A DNA stretch of 64,000 bases, taken from the NCBI GenBank assembly GCA_018883245.1, contig VEQL01000012.1:3079-67078 (forward strand). Reading direction: 5' to 3'. Within the stretch, counting starts at the first letter, position 1, and every line of letters starts with the position of its first letter. The DNA comes from Chthoniobacterales bacterium. Its GTDB lineage: Bacteria; Verrucomicrobiota; Verrucomicrobiia; Chthoniobacterales; JACTMZ01. Both the position numbers and the translations under genes were made by a program. Under the pieces are notes generated by a model. That model was given only the letters and a program-made list of their open reading frames with translations, was not told the DNA's origin and ran no database searches. Of the stretch, positions 46,401 through 53,123 are shown piece after piece.

Positions 46401-46900
46401 CGCTCGACGGGGACTTCGTCGTCGCCCAAGCGCTTGCCAATCCGCAGCCCGGCGCTGCCGCAGGCGACAGCGCGTGGCGGGAAATGCAGGCCTCCTCCAC
46501 CGGGGTCTTCGAGTTCAACTCCCTGAAAAACGACGCCGAAGCGCGCAACCAAGCCGTTTACCTCAGCTTCTGGCTCTTCAGCCCGCGCTCCGACAATCTG
46601 CTCGAGGGCGGCGTCCTTCTCGATCATTCGCAGGGCGCGAAAGTGGACTTCCTCGCCGGCAGCGACGACGGCGCGAAGATCTGGCTCAACGGCAAGCTCA
46701 TCCTGGAAAATCGCGGCAAGAATCCGCTCCAGGCGGACCATTACAAGCTCACGGGGCTGTCCTTGAACAAGGGCTGGAACCACTTCCTGGTCCGCGTGGC
46801 AAATGACCGTGGAGACTGGAAGTTCCAAGGGCGCATCGAGTGCCGCTATCCGACACTGGCCCCGCTCCTGCGGACGGACGTGGCCCGCCCTGAGTCATAG
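43436..46900 (+). CDS. secreted GH2 glycoside hydrolase with C-terminal PA14-like domain
   Basis: 1154 aa from ATG 43436. Signal MKNQTLRFTGCSFAAVLCLATMAQAE. GH2 sugar-binding WLRRTFEVPAGWEGCRLVLRFEAVAGDCEVRLNGKVVG...FEVDVTDAV. TIM motif RRDRNHASVFGWSVENE. PA14-like GSDDGAKIWLNGKLILENRG near the end. Confidence 0.7.
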   Translation: MKNQTLRFTGCSFAAVLCLATMAQAERVEFSREFAPVPGWVAGMEKPFRDELCLNGRWQFQPVPTPAGWTAGKDAPPALTEPAADGWDAVPIKIPSPWNMNALDSFQAADGADYRSFPSYPAAWENVDMAWLRRTFEVPAGWEGCRLVLRFEAVAGDCEVRLNGKVVGRNFDKFLPFEVDVTDAVRRDGPNELLVGVRSVRFFNQPGRFGSFTYPSGAWWTGQGNAAIDGIRGIWQDVFLVGLPPARAQDVFVQPLVADDLLRADVELRNDALEARELTVEAKVVPWIPAAEADLLAAPERRGKFGDNVVVAFAHPASARVEPGATATVQLEQKIGDKLALWSPDSPNLYGLVVEVKSGGKVVDRRVTRFGWRQFGFDKDQRFTLNGRPMRLNIELCHFFGVAHLSPRHALAWYRMLKDCNINAVRLHALPYPRFYLDLADERGILVHDETAIYGSHANFNLDVPVTWERFADHLQRLVRRDRNHASVFGWSVENETYNALKIRTMDKKEHDAVRDRFVPMIESVKRLDPTRPWISSDGGYEWANIYPVVLAHYGPGAGYYRNYERTGKPWGVTEATYLWGRMPSEVSRYNGERAYESWRGRLEGMAFEVWDELVERQIKPFPNISVVSVYDVTYYGLWPQPLGLADLAKPPTLDDGVHFTAPYVEGKPGIQPERLGPYATMFNPGYDPRLPVYQPTPVFDAARAAYAPDRPQDFPRRLFEKPDEPIRPGPPPPLVNDGKITRVVFLGDPSGVLCQSLVKAGVPLAPDTEANAPVLVVDAGSLKQPAAEVRATIDKTLSAGGTVLVWGLSPETLDAANALLPAAVSLAPRSASSLLPEGNGPLAAALPPSRCYFSEAPEGSIVMKHALGGPLIEQGRTVLRAADINWQLWRDRQEPVKVAAAVRSEREAKPPSAALVEVPIGSGRLIVGSLESAAPTPAHVMFFRALFVGLGVQVQEPKAVAGGILDSKGFVSRALVAGPFVASSYEEALDGDFVVAQALANPQPGAAAGDSAWREMQASSTGVFEFNSLKNDAEARNQAVYLSFWLFSPRSDNLLEGGVLLDHSQGAKVDFLAGSDDGAKIWLNGKLILENRGKNPLQADHYKLTGLSLNKGWNHFLVRVANDRGDWKFQGRIECRYPTLAPLLRTDVARPES

Positions 46901-46949
46901 ACGCCCACACCGGCACCCGAACCCATGACCTCCCGCAGGAGATTGCGCC

Positions 46950-47180
46950 ATGAAACCGCCAATCCTCACCACCACACGCCGCCAGGCAATGGCCACCACC
47001 GGACTCGGCTTGTTCGGCTCTTCCTTGTCCTCGACTGCCCGCGCCGAGGAGCCGCCTGTAGCTCCTTCCCCGTATTCCCCGGATGTCCGGGCCTTTGGCG
47101 TGCGGAAAACCATGCGCAAACCTCCCGCCGCCACCAAACGCAGTTTCGAAAACGCTGAGCCGGCACCCTCCAATCCATGA
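46950..47180 (+). CDS. 76-codon mini-ORF with twin-arginine (Tat) signal peptide; either a real small protein or the remnant of a deleted paralog
   Basis: MKPPILTTTRRQAMATTGLGLFGSSLSSTARA|EE... has an RR motif, a hydrophobic core and an AxA site. The C-terminal half resembles the C-terminal tail of the 49711..52416 protein. Its stop overlaps ATG 47177 (ATGA). Confidence 0.3.
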   Translation: MKPPILTTTRRQAMATTGLGLFGSSLSSTARAEEPPVAPSPYSPDVRAFGVRKTMRKPPAATKRSFENAEPAPSNP

Positions 47181-47181
47181 A
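47121..47181 (+). repeat. 61-nt gene-junction element, copy A
   Basis: CCTCCCGCCGCC(A/G)CCAAACGCAGTTTCGAAAACGCTGA - 10 variable nt - TCCAATCCATGAA. It matches 52357-52417 and ends on the ATGA stop/start overlap in both copies. Confidence 0.8.
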
Positions 47182-49714
47182 CACGCCATCCACCAAAGAC
47201 AGCGGATTGACCCGTGCCTGGACCGTCTATCTGATCCACCATACCCACACCGACATCGGCTATACCGAAACGCAGGGGCGCATCGCCCGCTATCACCTGC
47301 AATTCCTTGATGATGTCGTGGCCCGCTACCGGGATTGGAAATCCGGAGACCGTTCGCTCGACGGCTTCGTCTGGACGATCGAGTGCTTCTGGTCGGTCGA
47401 GCAATGGCTCGCGTTGCGCGGGGAGGCGGAGCGCGAAACGCTCGCAGCCGCCATCCGCGACGGATTTGCCGCGCTATCGGCCACGTATCTGCATTTCAAC
47501 GAAATGATCGACTACCCGCTGGTGTGCGAGGTGCTCGCGCGTGCGGCCCGCTACGCCAAAGCCAACGGCTTGGTGGCCGATACGGCGGTCAGCGCCGACA
47601 TCAACGGGCATTCCTGGGGATACGCCCAGGCGCTCCACGACACCGGCGCGACGAACTTGGTCGACTTCCTGCATTCCCACCACGGCATGTCGCCGCTGGG
47701 TAAACGCCAGGTGCCGTTCTGGTGGGAGACGCCCAAGGGGGATCGCGTGCTCGTCTGGAACGGCGAGCACTACATGCTCGGCAACGCGCTCGGCCTCGTG
47801 CCCGCCGCCATGATTACATATGTCTTCGCCGACGAACTAACCCCGTGCACGGCCGATTCCGACAGCCTCTCCGTCGCAAAAATCCGCCTGCCGCGCTACC
47901 TGCGCCAACTCGAACGCGACGGCTATCCGCAAGATTTTCTCGTCGTCGGTCTCGGCGGCACGTTGTCGGACAACGCCCCGCCGCACTTCGGGCTTCCGGA
48001 ATTCATTCGCGCATGGAATGCGGCGCACGGCCACTCGATCCGCCTCGAAATGACAAGCCCCTCCGCGTTCATGAAAAAGGTGCGCGAGGAATGGAAGGAT
48101 ATCCCGGTGCACCGCGGCGATTGGCCGGACTGGTGGTCGGACGGTCTCGCCAGCATGCCGGACGAGACGCGTTTTTGCCGCACCGCGCAGCGTGGACTTG
48201 AGCGTCTGCGCGCGGCGCGCGAGACGCAGAGGTGGAATTTCGATGCCGCGGTCGAGAGGCGCATCGAACAGTCCATCGCGCTCTACTGCGAGCACACGTT
48301 CAACCATTCGGACTCCATGAAGTCGCCGTGGGACGGTGTGACCAAGCACATTGCCGCCGGCAAAACGGTCATCGCCAGCAGCGCCCTCTCCGAAGTGTGC
48401 GAGGCCGAGGACGAACTGAAGATCGCGCTCGGCGAAGCCCCGATGCGCCCGGGCAGGCCGTTTCTCTACCGCATCGTGAACCCTTTCCCGCATGCCATCG
48501 AGACGCTGGCCCCGCTCTATCTTGAATACTGCGACTTCCATGTGCGCGAGCTCGCGCCACGCCTGATCGACCATGAAACCGGAGAGGAGCTGGAGGCGCA
48601 AAAAACCGCCGCGCCGCGCGGCTGGGACTTCCTCATACCGCTCCGCCTCGATGCCGGTCAGTCGAGGGTCATCGAGCTGGCGGAAGGCTTCCCGACCGCC
48701 CGCTTCAACCGGATGCTAACCAACGATTCCATCCGCCCCGAACTGGCGAAAATGGACGCCCGCTTTGCCGGTGAGGAGTGTCCCGTCAGCGACCTGCGGT
48801 TTTCCTCTCCGCATGCGGAGGTCGCGTTCGACAAGGACACCGGTCTGGCGGCATGGAAAGACGCCTCCACCGGATTGAGCCTGCTCGCCGAGGGCGTGGC
48901 CTGGCCGCCGTTCACTCCGGTTTACGAACACACGCCGGTGGACAAACCGGATGATCCCGACACCCAGATGATGACGCGCACGCGGATGGGACGGAATCGC
49001 AAAGGCGCGAACGTGGAGCGGCATGCGGGCAATGTCCGAACGATCCGCCTCCTGGACAACGGCCCGCACCTCGCGGTTTACAGGATTGACTACGAACTCG
49101 CCGGCGCGCGCATGGCCGTGGTCGAGTTGCGCCTTTCGAAGCACCAACCGGTGGCGGATGTTGTTTTCCGCATCAACAAGGAATCGCTCTGGGATCCGGA
49201 AAATCTTTATCTGTCGCTGCCCTTCGACTGCGGTGAGGACAGCCAGATCTGGCTCGACAAGGCCGGGGCGGCGGTGCGCCCGGTGATCGACCAGCTCCCC
49301 GGCACGCTCACCGATTGGTATTGCCTGCAAAGCGGCTACGCGGTCTGCGGGAAAACTTTCGGCATCGCCATCGCCTGCCTCGATGCCCCGCTACTGCAGC
49401 TCGGCCCGCTCGAACCCGGCACGCGCCTGCTTGCCAACGGCAGCCTCCCGCAACGTCGGCCCGCCGACGCCCTCGGCTGGCTCATGACCAACTACTGGGA
49501 GACCAACTTCGAGGCCTCGCTCGGCGGATTCCACGAATTCCGCTACCGCATCCGCTGGGGCAAGGATCTCGCCGAGCCGCGACGCGCCCTCGACGTCTGC
49601 CGCAAGCTCGGACACGAACCCTTCGTCTTCCGCTGCACCGGGCCCGCAGAGCGGGAAGGCGCGCTTCGCCGGCTGCAGACTCATCGACCCCACGAAAAAA
49701 ACATAACCTCATGA
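47177..49714 (+). CDS. GH38 family alpha-mannosidase-like enzyme, no signal peptide
   Basis: 845 aa. VYLIHHTHTDIGYTE is the GH38 N-terminal metal-binding motif. The N-terminus MNTPSTKDSGLTRAW has no hydrophobic signal. Confidence 0.7.
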   Translation: MNTPSTKDSGLTRAWTVYLIHHTHTDIGYTETQGRIARYHLQFLDDVVARYRDWKSGDRSLDGFVWTIECFWSVEQWLALRGEAERETLAAAIRDGFAALSATYLHFNEMIDYPLVCEVLARAARYAKANGLVADTAVSADINGHSWGYAQALHDTGATNLVDFLHSHHGMSPLGKRQVPFWWETPKGDRVLVWNGEHYMLGNALGLVPAAMITYVFADELTPCTADSDSLSVAKIRLPRYLRQLERDGYPQDFLVVGLGGTLSDNAPPHFGLPEFIRAWNAAHGHSIRLEMTSPSAFMKKVREEWKDIPVHRGDWPDWWSDGLASMPDETRFCRTAQRGLERLRAARETQRWNFDAAVERRIEQSIALYCEHTFNHSDSMKSPWDGVTKHIAAGKTVIASSALSEVCEAEDELKIALGEAPMRPGRPFLYRIVNPFPHAIETLAPLYLEYCDFHVRELAPRLIDHETGEELEAQKTAAPRGWDFLIPLRLDAGQSRVIELAEGFPTARFNRMLTNDSIRPELAKMDARFAGEECPVSDLRFSSPHAEVAFDKDTGLAAWKDASTGLSLLAEGVAWPPFTPVYEHTPVDKPDDPDTQMMTRTRMGRNRKGANVERHAGNVRTIRLLDNGPHLAVYRIDYELAGARMAVVELRLSKHQPVADVVFRINKESLWDPENLYLSLPFDCGEDSQIWLDKAGAAVRPVIDQLPGTLTDWYCLQSGYAVCGKTFGIAIACLDAPLLQLGPLEPGTRLLANGSLPQRRPADALGWLMTNYWETNFEASLGGFHEFRYRIRWGKDLAEPRRALDVCRKLGHEPFVFRCTGPAEREGALRRLQTHRPHEKNITS

Positions 49715-52416
49715 AAAACACACTGGTCATGACCGCAGCGTCATTGCTCCTGGCTACGCCGCAGGGTTGTGTGCCCGCAAACCATCACCCGCAGCCTCCC
49801 GCACCCGCGCCGATTTTCACCTACCCGATCCACGCCGATGGCGGCCTGGTTTATGACCCGCTCCGGCGGGAGGCGGAAAAAACCGGACAGCTCGCCCGCG
49901 ATGCGAATGTTGAAGCGCGCGAGGTGTCGGTGCAATTGGGCGGCCTTGAGGCGAAATTCAAAGTGCCCGTCGCGGCGCGCGCCTATGACGTGGTCCCGGT
50001 GGGCTACGTGCTGCGCAATACCGCGGCGGAGGCCTCCGGTCCGGTGCACGTGTCGGCGACGGCGTTCGAGGATCCCGAACGTCGTGGCGGGCGCGATCTG
50101 GCGGACCTGTCGCTGCCGGCGGACATCGGTGTGAAATTCGATTTCCTCGGGTCCGTGACGGCGACCATTCGTCCGGGCGCTCCGCACCTGATGGCTGCGG
50201 ATCTCTCCGACAAGCCATCCGACAAGTATCCGAACTATGACGCGGGCCCCTTGGTCCGGAGCGGCGTCGTCCAAGCGGGCGACTTGGTCTGGTTCAAATT
50301 CCGCATTACCAACACCGGCAACACCATCCTCGATCCCGAAGGCGTCGGCGCGTTTTTCCTCAAGCCCGCCATTTTCCGGCAAAAATACGACGGCAACTGG
50401 GAGCAAACCGGCATCCCTTACAATCGCTACATCCGCATTCTCGATTACCTCTACCCCGGCGAGAGCACCGAGGTCTGGATCAATTTCATGACCGACGCCA
50501 AGGAGACCCCGCAGGGCTTCGGTCTGCTTCCCGGGCGCTATCGCATCGGGATCGAAGGCCTCGCGCGCTTTGAAAAAGACCACGACTGGCTCGTCAATCT
50601 TTGGGAGGGCAGGACGGTTGCGCGCATGGAATGGGATTTCACCGCAGCCAAAGAGGCGATTGCCGTCGAGCCGTCATCCCCCCGGGTGACCTTCGAGAAC
50701 TTCGGCGGCCAGCCGCGTTTGAACAAGTGGCTGCACACGTTCGAGGAATTCATGACTTCCTTCGAGAGCCAGCTCGGTGGCATTCCCCCCGGCGGTGAGG
50801 TCCGCGGAACCCTCCACCTGCAGATCGCGCCATGGACCAAGGATGTGGTTGTGAAGCTCCTGACCGGCGACCCGCCGCAGATCGCCACCGCCGCTTCGCC
50901 GCTTTCGGTTTCGGACGAAACCCTCGAGGTCGCCTTGATGCCGAACGCGAAGAACCTCGTTTGGAAAGGCGGGCGCTGGGTGCCGATGGTTGTCACGCAA
51001 ACGATGGCGGACATGCGCGCCAACATCCAGCTCGGGCCGGATGTCGAAGGCAACGCGCGCGCCGACATCGCCAGGATGGAGGAAAGCGGGATCAGCGTCG
51101 TCACCACCACCGGCATGCCGTGGCTCTACGAATTCATCCGCTTTCCCTACATCCACAGCCAGCCGACACCCGAGTCGAACCAGAACGGGGATGCCTGGAA
51201 GTTTTTCCTCGATCTGGCGCGCGCCGACGGGATGCCGGTGGAAGGCTGGGGCAATTATCCGTTTGCCCGCGTGACCATAGGCGAGGTCGCCACCTGGCTC
51301 ACCGGGAAACCTTTTGCGTTCGACACGGCTTGGCCGATGGAGGCCAGCCATGCGGACCCCAAGCTTCCGGAGGCGAATGCCCTTGTCTGGCTTTATCACT
51401 TCCGGCGCTGGGGCGACGTCTTCGCCCGCAATGCCGCCGGCCAGACGCCTTTTTCCGTGGAGGACACCCGCGGCTGGCTGCGCATGGACCTTCACATCCG
51501 CTATCCGCACGGCCCGGCCACGATCGCCGCCTTCCGCGACTGGCTGAAAAAACAATACAGCTCGCTCGACAAGGTCAATGCCGCGTGGGGCACCCGGTTC
51601 GCCGCATGGGAGGAGATCGACCCCGAGCGCGGACAGGTCGTCAACCGCTGGGACCATCGCTGGGAATACTCCGATTCCAACAACCCGTTCCACGACTGGT
51701 CGCCCGCCGTGCTGGATTTCGACAGTTTCCGCACGGAGTTGCGCGCGGAAAACTATGCGCGAACCCTGGAGCACCTGCGCAAGGAGGTTCCCTCGTCGGC
51801 ACTCACCCTGCGCACCGAGGGGTCAAATGCCCTCGTCGCGGGAATCAATCCCGCCAGCCCGGATCCCCATCTCCGGCATGTCTATTACAGCCAGCGGCGG
51901 AATGCCATGATCGCCGAGATTCTGCAGAAGGCCGGAGTCCTCGCCTACCACTCGGACTACACAACACTGCCCTACACTCCGAGAGAAGTCCGCGAGCTCA
52001 CCCGTGCTTGCGTCAAGCAGGGCATCACGCCCGCGTGGCTGCCGCAGTTCGATCACATGCGCGACATCGCCCTCAACGACAAATTCGGCACCGACGACTA
52101 CACCCGCGCCTACAACGTGGACCGCCCGGTCAAGGCCACCATGATGCATGTGCTCACTGCCGTTTATCCGTGGTGGCAGGCCACCATCGGGGAGGGAGGC
52201 GTGCCGGGTATCACATGGGCCGATTACGAGTGCGACGGGTTCGTGACCACCACCCAGGCTCGCGAAATGAAGCTGTTCGAAAACCATCTCGCGATCGCCG
52301 CGGCAAGCCCCGAGGTGCGCAAGGCCGTCGATGCGTTTCCCCCGCCGCCGCCCAATCCTCCCGCCGCCGCCAAACGCAGTTTCGAAAACGCTGAACCCAA
52401 ACCATCCAATCCATGA
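49711..52416 (+). CDS. lipoprotein; TIM-barrel glycoside hydrolase-like (distant GH42-like)
   Basis: 901 aa from ATG 49711 (ATGA overlap with the GH38 stop). Lipobox AASLLLATPQGC. FRDWLKKQYSSLDKVNAAWGTRFAAWEEIDP resembles the GH42 beta-galactosidase signature region. Family call is tentative. Confidence 0.45.
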   Translation: MKNTLVMTAASLLLATPQGCVPANHHPQPPAPAPIFTYPIHADGGLVYDPLRREAEKTGQLARDANVEAREVSVQLGGLEAKFKVPVAARAYDVVPVGYVLRNTAAEASGPVHVSATAFEDPERRGGRDLADLSLPADIGVKFDFLGSVTATIRPGAPHLMAADLSDKPSDKYPNYDAGPLVRSGVVQAGDLVWFKFRITNTGNTILDPEGVGAFFLKPAIFRQKYDGNWEQTGIPYNRYIRILDYLYPGESTEVWINFMTDAKETPQGFGLLPGRYRIGIEGLARFEKDHDWLVNLWEGRTVARMEWDFTAAKEAIAVEPSSPRVTFENFGGQPRLNKWLHTFEEFMTSFESQLGGIPPGGEVRGTLHLQIAPWTKDVVVKLLTGDPPQIATAASPLSVSDETLEVALMPNAKNLVWKGGRWVPMVVTQTMADMRANIQLGPDVEGNARADIARMEESGISVVTTTGMPWLYEFIRFPYIHSQPTPESNQNGDAWKFFLDLARADGMPVEGWGNYPFARVTIGEVATWLTGKPFAFDTAWPMEASHADPKLPEANALVWLYHFRRWGDVFARNAAGQTPFSVEDTRGWLRMDLHIRYPHGPATIAAFRDWLKKQYSSLDKVNAAWGTRFAAWEEIDPERGQVVNRWDHRWEYSDSNNPFHDWSPAVLDFDSFRTELRAENYARTLEHLRKEVPSSALTLRTEGSNALVAGINPASPDPHLRHVYYSQRRNAMIAEILQKAGVLAYHSDYTTLPYTPREVRELTRACVKQGITPAWLPQFDHMRDIALNDKFGTDDYTRAYNVDRPVKATMMHVLTAVYPWWQATIGEGGVPGITWADYECDGFVTTTQAREMKLFENHLAIAAASPEVRKAVDAFPPPPPNPPAAAKRSFENAEPKPSNP

Positions 52417-52417
52417 A
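52357..52417 (+). repeat. 61-nt gene-junction element, copy B
   Basis: See 47121-47181. Covers the last 19 codons of the 49711 gene and the ATGA start of the next gene. Confidence 0.8.
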
Positions 52418-53123
52418 TTTATCACTCTCGAGAGCAACAAAGGCCACCGCCAGGGCCGGTCGTGCCAAATCCTTCCTCCAGCGTCTGACTCTGCTGGCTG
52501 TTGGCGCCTTGATGGCCCCCGGCGCGGTTCCGGCTTTTGCCGCAGAGCCCGCGGCGGCTGGGCATTCAGCAAATGCCACGACCTGGTCGATGCCTGGCGA
52601 TTTCGACTCCCTCGGGAAATCGGACAGCGCGTGGAGTGCCGGACGTGCAGACATCCTCGACAGCAGCAGCTTCCGCGCTTTCACGGATTCCCAAGACGAC
52701 GGGCAGTGGAGGATGCGGAACTTCGGAGACGTTGATCTATGGGAAAACGGCCTTGTTTGGTTCGCAACCAAAACGGCTTTTGGATTCGAGGCGGGCGAGA
52801 TGGTGATCCATCCGGGAAATTCTCCCGATAAGGCCACCGCCATCCGTTGGACCGCCCCGGCAGCCGCGGAGAATACGACTTACCATGTGACCGGTTCATT
52901 TCGCGTCCCTGCCGACTCGGGTGACCGCGATTTCGTCATCCGGCTCGGAGACGAGATTCTTTTTGAAGCGCGGGGCTCCACGGCGGCGCAGGATTTCGAT
53001 TTTGAGTTCACCGCCTCCGCTGGCCGGATGCTGGATTTCGTCATCGGCTGCGGCAACACATGGACAAACGAAGGTGCCGGCTTTGCCGTGACCATCAGCG
53101 AAAAGAAGGGGGCCAATGATTGA
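52413..53123 (+). CDS. secreted hypothetical protein (beta-sandwich-like, unknown family)
   Basis: 236 aa. Signal-like LQRLTLLAVGALMAPGAVPAFA. No recognisable catalytic motif. Start and stop are both overlapped with neighbours. Confidence 0.45.
   Translation: MNLSLSRATKATARAGRAKSFLQRLTLLAVGALMAPGAVPAFAAEPAAAGHSANATTWSMPGDFDSLGKSDSAWSAGRADILDSSSFRAFTDSQDDGQWRMRNFGDVDLWENGLVWFATKTAFGFEAGEMVIHPGNSPDKATAIRWTAPAAAENTTYHVTGSFRVPADSGDRDFVIRLGDEILFEARGSTAAQDFDFEFTASAGRMLDFVIGCGNTWTNEGAGFAVTISEKKGAND

Noticed and set aside
47156-47180. A programmed frameshift fusing the Tat-signal mini-ORF to the GH38 gene.
   Set aside because: The GH38 frame has a TGA at 47156-47158, so a shift would have to occur within 18 nt (gccggcaccctccaatcc). 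That stretch contains no slippery heptamer.
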